Part shown: in pieces, positions 9,726 to 18,475 of the stretch
How the letters are laid out: each line of letters begins with the position of its first letter
How positions within the stretch are numbered: position 1 is the stretch's first letter
The notes under the pieces: generated by a model
Told to the model about the DNA's origin: nothing
Database searches by the model: none
What the model saw: only the letters and a program-made list of their open reading frames with translations
Made by a program: the position numbers and the translations under genes
Assembly: GCA_000092065.1 (NCBI GenBank)
Contig: CP000589.1
DNA length: 64,000 nt
Reading direction: 5' to 3' (one strand)
DNA from: Ostreococcus lucimarinus
Taxonomy: Eukaryota

Positions 9726-12527
9726 ATGGAGAGCTTCCACGAGCACTCCTACGAGCTCTCGCGCCTGGCGCGCGGTGAAAGCAGCGCCGACGTCGCGCGC
9801 GCCAAAGATGATTTCCAAGCGACGTCGCCCGCGAATTACGTCCCCACGCGCGCCGAACTCGTCGGAGGCGTCGTCGGAGGCTCGGAAACCGACGCCACGC
9901 ACCTGCGTTTGCAACGCATGGCGGCGTTCGAGTCGCACGATTACGACCCGATCGATAACGATCTCGAGGAGGACGCGCTGCGGGGACGCACGCGAGAAGA
10001 CTATAAACGCGAGCGAGCGTGGAAGTGGGCGACGAGCGTGATGATCGGTGCGGTGATGGGAATCGTGGCGTTCGTGATCGATGGATTGGTGGATAAGCTG
10101 AATTTGTTTCGGTACGGGGTGATCGGAGATAAGGTTGGGACGGACGGATACGCGCGGTTCGTCGCGTGGTTGCTGCACGCGGTGGTGAGCTGCGCGTTCG
10201 CGGCTGTCGCGGGAGGGCTGGTGTCGTACGTGGAACCGCTCGCCGCGGGATCGGGGATCCCGGAGTTGAAGACATACTTGAACGGCGTCCACCTCAAGGG
10301 GCTTTTGCGGTTGAAGACGGTGGTGGCGAAGCTGGGGGGGATTTCGTTTAGCATCGGCGCGGGATTAATCGCGGGCAAGGAGGGACCGTTCGTGCACGGA
10401 GGTGGGTTAGTCGGGGGTGGGTTGAGCGCGTTCGGGTCAAACACGCTCGGCTTCAAATTGAAATATCCCGCGTGGTTCCGAGATGATCGACATAAACGGG
10501 ACTTTGTCGCCATCGGCACCGCCACAGGCGTGGCGGTGGCGTTCGCCGCGCCCATCGGCGGCATGTTGTTCACCGTGGAGGAGGGTGCGAGTTTTTACAA
10601 CTCGGACATGTTATGGCGCGGGTTTTTAGCGACGTGCACGGGCGTGCTCACGATGCACTGGCTTGAACAGCTCGATTTCGACGCCGGAGACTTCGCGCGC
10701 GCGCGGTTCGGCACCCATCGCGACTTTGGATTGTACACGGACAGCGAGGCGGATTACTCAAAGAATTATTGGTGGTACTTTTGGGAGGTACCGATTTTCA
10801 TCGCCATGGGTGTGTGCGGTGGTTTACTCGGCGCTGCGTTCGTGAACTTGAACGTGAAAATCACGCAGTGGCGCGCCAAGTACATTCCCGTGACGGATCG
10901 GAGAAAGCGCTTGCTCGAAGTGATCGCCATTGCGGGGATCACGTCGACGCTATTTTTCTTCTTCATGTCCGTGTCGCCGTGTAAGGATATCCCTCTGCCG
11001 TTGCGAGCTGGGACGGCGGACAGTCTCGACGACATGTCCAATTCGAGCTTTGAGTACGGGGTGGAGACGAGAGACGAGATTCGCAACGATTTCTTCAAGC
11101 AGCTGTATTGCCCGGATGGTCAATACTCGGTGTACGGGCAATTATTTTACAACCCACTGGCGACGTCGTTCAAGTTTTTGCTCCATCTCGGCGAAGTCGG
11201 CGAGTTTGGCGGTGACAGTGCGCACCCTTTCCCGATCGGTGCGTTGATATGGTACTTCCTCTTGACGTTCTGTTTGATGACGGTGACGTACGGCATCGGA
11301 GCCCCGACGGGGCTCTTCGTGCCGTCGCTCGCCGTCGGGGCTTCTTTCGGTCAACTCTGCGGACGCGTGGTGGCACACATCGCCGCTTCGCGAGGAAGCG
11401 ATGTGAAGATTAACTTGCACGCCTACGCCATCATCGGCGCGGCGGCAAATCTCGGCGGGGCGACGAGAATGACCATTTCGATCACCGTTTTAGTCATGGA
11501 AACGACGGGTTCGATGCAGTTAATTATTCCACTCATGTTGACGATTTTCACCGCCAAGGCCGTGGGTGATCGATACGGGCACGGCATTTACGACACGCAC
11601 ATCAAAATCCGCGGAGCGCCGTTCTTGGAAGAGCCCGAGCTCGCTGGACCGACTGGAGACAAGCTTCGAGTGAACGAAGTCATGAGCGACGAGTTGGTGA
11701 CGCTTCAGCCCGTGATGCGCGTGAAGGATTTGCTACAGATCCTCACTCAAACCCCGCACGGGGCGTATCCAGTGACCGAACACCCGCCCGCGTACGCGGG
11801 CGAAGATTTCGAGCTGCACGGCTCCATCACGAGGAATCTGTTGCTCAAGATGCTCCTGCACAGAATTTCCTTCGTCGACGCGAGCGGCGGTGGACGCGTG
11901 GGCGGAGACAATCTGTTCACCAACCCGCGCGAACGCGACGATTTGCTCGAGCAATTGAAGCAAATTCCGTTCAAAGTGCCGAGCGCGCGCGAGGTGGCCC
12001 ATCGCGTGTCGGAAGAAGACATTCGCACGATGTCCGTCGACTTGCGAAGTTTCATGCAGCGCCACCCGTTCCTCGTGCACGCCGACGCGCGCGTCAGCCG
12101 CGCCTACCGTCAATTCCGAACGATGGGTTTGCGTCACATGTACGTCATGCCTTCCCGCCCTCGCGTCGTCGGCTTGCTCACGCGCAAAGACATCATTCAA
12201 GAGCGCACGAGCCTGACGTTGGGCTTGTACGCGCGCGGCTTGGCGCGTCCGCCCGCGCGACCCGTCTCCCGCACGTCGGAGCCCCCCCACGACGCTCGCG
12301 ACGCCGCCGTCGCGTCCACCGCCACCGCCCTCACCCCGAGCGCCGCCATCGACGACGACGACGACGCCAAGCTCCCCTACATTCCCTACTACGCCAACAA
12401 CTCGGCGACGACGGACGACGGCGACGACGCCGCCGCGAGCGCTCGCGCGTCCCACGCTTCCGACCTCGACGCCGCGCGCGCGTCCAACCCATTCATCGAC
12501 GCCGCGTCGACGCTCCGTCGTCGATGA
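9726..12527 (+). CDS. CLC chloride channel/antiporter with C-terminal CBS domain pair
   Basis: CLC selectivity motifs: GSGIPE (AAGSGIPELKTYLNG), GKEGP (GKEGPFVHGG), GLFVPS (GLFVPSLAVGASFG). Multiple TM helices; C-terminal CBS-like blocks (VMSDELVTLQP..., HPFLVHADARVSRAYRQFRTMGLRHMYVM). Confidence 0.9.
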   Translation: MESFHEHSYELSRLARGESSADVARAKDDFQATSPANYVPTRAELVGGVVGGSETDATHLRLQRMAAFESHDYDPIDNDLEEDALRGRTREDYKRERAWKWATSVMIGAVMGIVAFVIDGLVDKLNLFRYGVIGDKVGTDGYARFVAWLLHAVVSCAFAAVAGGLVSYVEPLAAGSGIPELKTYLNGVHLKGLLRLKTVVAKLGGISFSIGAGLIAGKEGPFVHGGGLVGGGLSAFGSNTLGFKLKYPAWFRDDRHKRDFVAIGTATGVAVAFAAPIGGMLFTVEEGASFYNSDMLWRGFLATCTGVLTMHWLEQLDFDAGDFARARFGTHRDFGLYTDSEADYSKNYWWYFWEVPIFIAMGVCGGLLGAAFVNLNVKITQWRAKYIPVTDRRKRLLEVIAIAGITSTLFFFFMSVSPCKDIPLPLRAGTADSLDDMSNSSFEYGVETRDEIRNDFFKQLYCPDGQYSVYGQLFYNPLATSFKFLLHLGEVGEFGGDSAHPFPIGALIWYFLLTFCLMTVTYGIGAPTGLFVPSLAVGASFGQLCGRVVAHIAASRGSDVKINLHAYAIIGAAANLGGATRMTISITVLVMETTGSMQLIIPLMLTIFTAKAVGDRYGHGIYDTHIKIRGAPFLEEPELAGPTGDKLRVNEVMSDELVTLQPVMRVKDLLQILTQTPHGAYPVTEHPPAYAGEDFELHGSITRNLLLKMLLHRISFVDASGGGRVGGDNLFTNPRERDDLLEQLKQIPFKVPSAREVAHRVSEEDIRTMSVDLRSFMQRHPFLVHADARVSRAYRQFRTMGLRHMYVMPSRPRVVGLLTRKDIIQERTSLTLGLYARGLARPPARPVSRTSEPPHDARDAAVASTATALTPSAAIDDDDDAKLPYIPYYANNSATTDDGDDAAASARASHASDLDAARASNPFIDAASTLRRR

Positions 12528-12572
12528 GCGTCGAGAATAGCGCGCATCAGCATCGTTGTAACGCCGCGCGTT

Positions 12573-12593
12573 CGCGTCTCGCGTCTCGCGTCT
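12573..12593. repeat. (CGCGTCT)3 tandem heptamer
   Basis: Seen directly in the CLC 3' flank. Confidence 0.8.
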
Positions 12594-12705
12594 CGCCTCG
12601 GCGCTCAAACTCAAAACCCTAACCGGCTGACGTGGTCGACGCGTGTCGTTTCTCCGGCGTCAAATCGCCCCTCGCACAACGGCGCGCTTTGACGCGTCGC
12701 GCGCG

Positions 12706-12816
12706 ATGGGGGCGTACCTCAGCCAACCGGTCACGCGCAAGGACTCCACCGACGGCGCCGACGCGCGCTTCGCGTACGGCACGACCGCGATGCAGGGGTG
12801 GCGAACGAACATGGAG
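12706..12816 (+). CDS. protein phosphatase 2C, exon 1 (MGAYLSQPV...TAMQGWRTNME)
   Basis: Encodes the conserved PP2C N-terminus including an N-myristoylation-type MGAYLS start and the QGWR..ME motif. It ends exactly at a GT (ATGGAG|gtgcga). Confidence 0.75.
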
Positions 12817-13082
12817 GTGCGACGACGACGAGATGACGCGGACGCGACGACGCGACGACGACGGCGCGCGCGTCGTCGCGACGAGCGGCGAACGCGACGA
12901 CGACGGACGCGCGATGGGAAAGAAACGCGACGCGACGACGCGCGCGCGCGAGCGATGGAGACGACGACGCGCGAGGGACGGCGAAAGAGCGCGACGGCGG
13001 GGACGACGACGACCTGGCGAAGACGCGAGGCGGAGGCGCGAAAGCGGAGGGACTGACGAGCGCGCGACGCGCGATGAAACAG
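12817..13082 (+). other. spliceosomal intron of the PP2C gene (GT...AG, 266 nt, phase 0), purine-rich and almost T-free
   Basis: Exon 1 (frame 1) and the main PP2C ORF (frame 0) are in different frames. Splicing gtgcga...actgac(25 nt)...acag|GAC restores the conserved ME|DAH motif. A CTGAC branch-point-like pentamer lies about 25 nt upstream of the AG. Confidence 0.7.
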
Positions 13083-14150
13083 GACGCGCACGCGACGATA
13101 TTGGATTTGGACGCGGATACGGCGTTTTTTGCGGTGTTCGATGGACACGGGGGGAAGGAGGTGGCGATGTACGCGGCGAAGCGCCTGCACGAGACGCTGA
13201 AGGAGACGGAGAGCTACGTCGCGGGGGACGTCGCGAGAGGATTGGAGGAGAGTTTTCTCGCGCTCGACCGGAAAATGCTGGCGAAGGAGGCGGCGGGAGA
13301 GTTGAAGGCGTTCAGGGCGGGCGGAGAAAAGGACGATTCGAGCGGGTTCGGGGGATTGCTGGGGGACGGCGCGAGCGCCGAGGAGCAAAAGAATCGGCGA
13401 GCGGAGATCAACGCCAAGCTTCGCGCGGCGTTGATCGAACAGGTCAAGGAGTCCAACCCGGACATCGATGAAAATGATATTAAATTTGATTTTGAATTGG
13501 AGGATGGAGATTTTAACGAAATTGCGAGCTCGAGCGGCGGCGACGGCGCCGACGACGCCTCGCACGAAAATTGGACGGGCCCGCAAGCGGGCGCGACCTC
13601 GGTCGTGGTGTGCGTTCGCGGTGACAAGGTGTATTGCGCCAACGCCGGGGACTCTCGAGCGGTATTCTCGCGGAAAGGCGGCGAGGCTGTCGAGATGAGT
13701 GAGGACCACAAACCGATGAATGACGGCGAGCGCAAGCGCATCATAAACGCGGGCGGTTTCGTCAGCGAAGGACGAGTCAACGGCTCGTTGGCACTGTCTC
13801 GCGCGTTGGGAGACTTTGAGTACAAGATGAACAAAGAGCTCGACGAAAAGCAGCAAGCGGTGACGGCGTTTCCGGAGATTAGAGAATTCCAACTGCAAGA
13901 GGGCGATGAGTTCATGATTCTCGCGTGCGACGGCATTTGGGATGTCATGTCGTCGCAAGAGTGCGTGAATTTCGTGAGAGAGCGACTCGTTGCGAAGCTC
14001 AAGTCGGGCGAGAGCGACTTGAAACTGAGTCAAATATGCGAGGAGCTTTGCGACAGGTGTCTGGCGCCCGACACCAGAGGCTCGGGCCTGGGATGCGATA
14101 ACATGAGCGTCGTCGTCGTCCTACTGAAGAAATTTTGTTCGATTGCGTGA
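13083..14150 (+). CDS. protein phosphatase 2C, exon 2 (catalytic domain)
   Basis: PP2C motifs: DAHATILDLDADTAFFAVFDGHGG, VVCVRGDKVYCANAGDSRAV, LSRALGDFEYK, ILACDGIWDVMSSQE. Confidence 0.85.
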   Translation, partial: DAHATILDLDADTAFFAVFDGHGGKEVAMYAAKRLHETLKETESYVAGDVARGLEESFLALDRKMLAKEAAGELKAFRAGGEKDDSSGFGGLLGDGASAEEQKNRRAEINAKLRAALIEQVKESNPDIDENDIKFDFELEDGDFNEIASSSGGDGADDASHENWTGPQAGATSVVVCVRGDKVYCANAGDSRAVFSRKGGEAVEMSEDHKPMNDGERKRIINAGGFVSEGRVNGSLALSRALGDFEYKMNKELDEKQQAVTAFPEIREFQLQEGDEFMILACDGIWDVMSSQECVNFVRERLVAKLKSGESDLKLSQICEELCDRCLAPDTRGSGLGCDNMSVVVVLLKKFCSIA

Positions 14151-14224
14151 GCGAGCATCGAGCGGAAGGCGTAATCACGCGTAGACTTCTTAATACTGTT
14201 GTTGAAACCATACAAGTACTACTA

Positions 14225-14914
14225 CTACCGCACCCGCTCCTCGTCTCTCGCGTTCAACACGTCGACGCCTTCTCGCTCGAGCTCGTCCGCCAGAGCCATG
14301 ACGAGGGGTTTGTGGAACCGAGCGCGCGCGTTGATGAAGAAGTTGCCGATGGCAAACTCGCTCGACCCGATCTCGCGCGCCAACCGCCGCTTCTCCTCCC
14401 GCGTCGGGAACGGATGATCGAAATGGGCCAGTATCCACGACCGCAGCACTCGCTGCCCCTCCTTCGACCCGAGCCTTCGACGCCGCGGCTCGGCGTCCCT
14501 CGACGCGACGGCTCGCGCCTTCTCCGCCCGCAGTCGCGCCGACGCGAACGCCGCGCGAATCCCCGACCTCGCGCACTTCGTGATTCCCGACGGAAGCGTG
14601 AGCTCCATTTTCGCCCGCAGCGTCTCGAATCGCCGCTCGACGTCGTCCAGTCGCCGCTCGTACGCCGCGAGCGCGTCGTCGCGCATGTCGCGTCGAGTGT
14701 CGATTTGAGTCCTCGAGCGGCGCGCGCGACGCCACTCGGCGACGTCCCTCGGCGACGATCGCGCGCGACGAGCGTCTCGCGCGCTTGATCGAGCGTTTCC
14801 CGCGCGGTCCTCACGCGCGCTCCCGCGCGTCGTCGCGCGTCGTCGTGTGTCGAGTCGAGCGTTGTGAAAAAGGTGTTCAGTGTTGGCGTCGCGCGCGCGC
14901 GGCATCGACACCAT
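14225..14914 (-). CDS. TALE-class homeodomain protein (KNOX/BELL-like)
   Basis: C-terminal homeodomain with the three-residue loop extension typical of TALE: VLRSWILAHFDHPFPTREEKRRLAREIGSSEFAIGNFFINARARFHKP (compare WLFEHFLHPYP...NWFINAR.R.WKP). Real ATG at 14912-14914. Confidence 0.6.
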   Translation of the reverse strand: MVSMPRARDANTEHLFHNARLDTRRRATTRGSAREDRAGNARSSARDARRARSSPRDVAEWRRARRSRTQIDTRRDMRDDALAAYERRLDDVERRFETLRAKMELTLPSGITKCARSGIRAAFASARLRAEKARAVASRDAEPRRRRLGSKEGQRVLRSWILAHFDHPFPTREEKRRLAREIGSSEFAIGNFFINARARFHKPLVMALADELEREGVDVLNARDEERVR

Positions 14915-15004
14915 CTCGCGACGCGCGCGACCGCGCGCGACGGTCGATCGCTCGAACGCCGAGTCTCGCGCGCGAACGGACGCGACGCGACCGCGGTACG
15001 GTCG

Positions 15005-15036
<32 letters not shown>

Positions 15037-15063
15037 GAGACGGAGACTCGACTCAACACTAAA

Positions 15064-17565
15064 ATGTTGAGCGGCGCGCCGATCGACGGCGCGCGACGCG
15101 AGGCGAAGGGCTCGAACGACGTCGCGACGGGACGACGCGATGGGAAGGATTTGGACATGTCGCCGGTGCGAGCGTCGACGAAGCTGGCGACGCGGGCGCG
15201 GTACGCGGCGATCGACGAGGACGCGGGCGAGGAGGACGCGGCGAGCTTCGTCGACGCGGATGATCGAATGCCGTTCGGTCGCGCGAGTGATTTCCCGCCG
15301 TCTTACGGCGAGGCGAAGGCGTTGAAACGCGTTGAGGGCGAGGCGTCGGTGAGCGGGGAGCCGTCGAGCGAGGAGGAGGATCTCGAGGCGGCGACGCCGA
15401 GGGACGAACTCGGATTTGAAGTTCCGGAGAGTCTGCGGGAGACGCACGAGGCGCGACGCGCGGTGCGCGCGGATCACAGGATTCGACAGATGGAATATTT
15501 AGAGGTGTATCGGAACGTACCGGAGAAGCAGAGGGGCGTGGGCGGAGACGCGTGTTTGGCGCTCGCGGTGAATGGAATTCATCCGGACCACCGCGCGGAG
15601 ATTTGGGCGGAAAAGCTCAAGGCGCATGTGAAGCAGTACTCGAGTTCGCATTCGTTTTATCAGTACTTGGAACTCGGGCAGGCGTCGTTGAGCGACGCCG
15701 AGCGAGAGCTCATCGAGGGTGACGTGCGCGCGGCGTGCCCGACGCATCCACTGCTTCGCTCGGATGTCGCGGAATCGACGTCCAGATCGACGTCTTCGTC
15801 TTTCACGCACGCGTTCGCGAACACGGCGAGCGAGGGGTTCGTGCTCGGTGGAAAGGGCGTCGCATTTCAAGATTTCCCTAGGACGCTGATAAACATATTG
15901 ATAGCCGCCGCCGAGCGGAGTCCGCACGGGTACTGCTCAGGATTCGTCGTTCCCGCCGCCGTGATGCTGTTGCTCACCGAAGACGAAGAGGCGTCGTTTT
16001 GGATGCTCGCTGGGTTCACGGAAGACGTGCTGTCGAGCGTCATCTCGCGCTCGTGCATAAATCTGTACGCCGAAGCCAAGTACATCGACTTGGACGTCAT
16101 GCTCCACGAACCCGAATTGGCGGCGCATTTGAACGAAGGCGACTGCCGACCGAGCGTCGTCGTCGCCGGCTTGCTCACGCGCGTGGGCTTGGGCGTTCTT
16201 CCCACCGAAAGCGTGCTTCGATTGTGGGACGCGCTCATTCTTGAAGGCGGCCAGGTACTGGCACCGTTTAGCATTTTGGTGATGAAGGCTGCGAAGGAGC
16301 AGCTTCTCGCCGCCGCCGTCGGCGACCTGTGCGAGACGTTTGACGCCGAGGCGGCGCGGATGCACGACGTCGGCGATACTTTGATGGACGCCATCGTCGC
16401 CTCGAGGGAAATGAGTTCAAAATTTGACTCATTGAGCATAAGATTGGGCGAACGCGAGGTCACTGCGGATGTGTTGAACAATCTCTTCAACTTTAGAGAC
16501 GTCGTACGTTCGCTCTCAGAGAGCGCCGGCCCGGAGGGCATCGGGCGACAGGAAATCATCACTCGCGAAGAGCTTGAGGAGGTCGTGTGCGCGACGTACT
16601 GCCTCGAGCAGTTCACCGACGTGGACACGGCGGTCGACAAAAAGTACCAGAGTCGTGAGTTGCTCATGGCGTACGATTTAGCCGTGCGTCACAAAGAAGA
16701 GCTCAAGACGAAGGGCTTGCGCTTCGACGAGTTCATGAAAGTGTTACGCGTCAAGTCGAGCACGTCGAGCAAGCTGAAGATGCTCGCGGTAAAGGGTGAC
16801 ACCGTGGAAGCGCGGGTGAAGAATTTCATCATCGGTGAGACGAACGACGGTATGCCTACCGAAAAGTCGGTCAAGTTGGCGCTCTTTGTCGCCAACGGCG
16901 TCATTCCCACGCAGCGCCTGAGCAGCGCGCCGGTGGAGAGCAAGATTTTGAACGGACTCGCTTCGAGCGAAAATTGGTACTGCGAGATGCGCATGAACGC
17001 CCGCGCGGCGTTAATTCTCGCAAATTTCGCCATTCCGCTCTTCATAACCGAAGACGCCGTCCCGAGCATGGAACGCGACGACGCGAGCGACTCGAAAGAC
17101 GCCTTTGACGTCTCGATCATCGCGTCCAAAGCGAAAGCGCTGGACGATTCTCCGCGCGCGTTCGGCGGTCTCGTGCCGCTCGCGCACACCGAGTATCACA
17201 TTCTCGTGCAAACGCGAGAAGGCCCGCCTCGAGTGGTGAAGAAACGCTTCAGCGACTTCAAATCGCTTCACGAAGAGCTCCGCAAAAGCGGATGCTACAA
17301 CGTCACTCGCGTCGCCGAAAACGCCATCGGCACCGACGCCGCGCTGAGCGTCGACCCACACGTCGTCGCCTCACGTTCGGTGAGCTTACAGCGATATCTC
17401 GATCAACTCAACGCGTGCGGCTTACCGAAAGTCCATCGCTTTTTGCGCGCGTTTCTCGGTTTGGACGAGCCCAAATCCCGAGTCTCGCGTCTGCGTTCGC
17501 TCTGCGCCGCGTGTTCGCCCGCGCGCATCGTCTGCGGTTTCACCGCTCGCGCGCGACGACGATAA
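15064..17565 (+). CDS. TBC (Rab-GAP) domain protein with C-terminal PX domain
   Basis: TBC fold blocks: IEGDVRAACP...LINILIAAAERSPHGYCSGFVVPAAVMLL...LLTRVGLGVLPTESVLRLWDALILEG. PX motif near the C-terminus: VVKKRFSDFKSLHEEL...LQRYLDQL. Start is set at the first ATG that does not overlap the divergent TALE gene (MLSGAPIDG). Confidence 0.75.
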   Translation: MLSGAPIDGARREAKGSNDVATGRRDGKDLDMSPVRASTKLATRARYAAIDEDAGEEDAASFVDADDRMPFGRASDFPPSYGEAKALKRVEGEASVSGEPSSEEEDLEAATPRDELGFEVPESLRETHEARRAVRADHRIRQMEYLEVYRNVPEKQRGVGGDACLALAVNGIHPDHRAEIWAEKLKAHVKQYSSSHSFYQYLELGQASLSDAERELIEGDVRAACPTHPLLRSDVAESTSRSTSSSFTHAFANTASEGFVLGGKGVAFQDFPRTLINILIAAAERSPHGYCSGFVVPAAVMLLLTEDEEASFWMLAGFTEDVLSSVISRSCINLYAEAKYIDLDVMLHEPELAAHLNEGDCRPSVVVAGLLTRVGLGVLPTESVLRLWDALILEGGQVLAPFSILVMKAAKEQLLAAAVGDLCETFDAEAARMHDVGDTLMDAIVASREMSSKFDSLSIRLGEREVTADVLNNLFNFRDVVRSLSESAGPEGIGRQEIITREELEEVVCATYCLEQFTDVDTAVDKKYQSRELLMAYDLAVRHKEELKTKGLRFDEFMKVLRVKSSTSSKLKMLAVKGDTVEARVKNFIIGETNDGMPTEKSVKLALFVANGVIPTQRLSSAPVESKILNGLASSENWYCEMRMNARAALILANFAIPLFITEDAVPSMERDDASDSKDAFDVSIIASKAKALDDSPRAFGGLVPLAHTEYHILVQTREGPPRVVKKRFSDFKSLHEELRKSGCYNVTRVAENAIGTDAALSVDPHVVASRSVSLQRYLDQLNACGLPKVHRFLRAFLGLDEPKSRVSRLRSLCAACSPARIVCGFTARARRR

Positions 17566-17604
17566 TGTACAACACTCTGCATCAATACAATCTCTGACGT
17601 CTAG

Positions 17605-18000
17605 CTAGCCCTCCGCGAGCGCCCACGCGTCCACCGCGCGTTCGCCGTGCGGATCCAGTCTCCTGTCCTCTTTCCGCTGCGAGAAATCGCTCTCGATCCT
17701 CCTGAGCGCGCTCGTCCGCACCACCGCGTCCTCCGCCTCGTCCGACTCGACCCACACGTGACGCTCGCTCTCGCTTCGCCGCAGCGCGCGCACGACGGCC
17801 TCGCGCCCGTCGTCGCGCGTCTCCACGACGGCGTACTTCCCCGACCGCCCGCTCGAATCGTCGACGAATTCCACGCAATCGTGCGCCGCGATCGCCGCGC
17901 GCGCGCGCGCGGACCCCCTCCGCGCGCGCACAGACGTCCGTCGTCGCGCCGCGGCGCGCGACCTCGCGCCCGCGCGCGTCACCGGCGCCGCCCGCGCCAT
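17605..18000 (-). CDS. hypothetical small protein with Arg/Ala/Ser-rich N-terminal presequence
   Basis: Real ATG. Sits in an otherwise empty 510-bp spacer between the TBC-PX and SmF genes. No recognisable domain, and it could be a GC-bias artefact. Confidence 0.25.
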   Translation of the reverse strand: MARAAPVTRAGARSRAAARRRTSVRARRGSARARAAIAAHDCVEFVDDSSGRSGKYAVVETRDDGREAVVRALRRSESERHVWVESDEAEDAVVRTSALRRIESDFSQRKEDRRLDPHGERAVDAWALAEG

Positions 18001-18074
18001 CGCGCGTCGCGATGCGGCGCTAGGTCACGCCCCGCGTCGCCGCACACGCGCGCGCGCGCCGCGCCGACGACGCG

Positions 18075-18314
18075 ATGAGCGCGCCGATCAATCCCAAGCC
18101 CTTCCTCGCGTCGCTCACGGGGAAGAAAGTCGCGGTGAAGCTCAAGTGGGGGATGGAGTACCGCGGATTCTTGGTGTCGACGGATGCGTACATGAATCTG
18201 CAGCTCGCGTCGACGGAGGAGTACGTCGACGGCGAGCGCCAGGGCGCGCTGGGAGAGGTGCTGATTCGATGTAATAACGTGATGTATCTCAAGGCGGCGG
18301 ACGAGGAGGCGTGA
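18075..18314 (+). CDS. small nuclear ribonucleoprotein SmF
   Basis: 79 aa. Near-identical spacing to SNRPF: [72 protein letters not shown] (Sm1 and Sm2 motifs). Confidence 0.95.
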   Translation: MSAPINPKPFLASLTGKKVAVKLKWGMEYRGFLVSTDAYMNLQLASTEEYVDGERQGALGEVLIRCNNVMYLKAADEEA

Positions 18315-18475
18315 GAGAGCGTCGGGCGAGCGCGTTCGGGAGGGAAAGAGGGAACGATCGAGGGACGCGGCGGCTGGCCGAACGAGGAGAACGAGACGCG
18401 ACGAGACGCGCTCGAGAATAAACGTGTTTGTAGTGATGATGAAAACGACGTGATCGTCGATGAATCGTTAACGGG

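Noticed and set aside
14785-15063. First 93 codons of the TBC-PX ORF (from 14785)
   Set aside because: They overlap the 5' end of the divergent TALE homeobox gene and are low complexity (PPPPPTTTTETETR). Using ATG 15064 leaves a plausible 149-bp bidirectional spacer.
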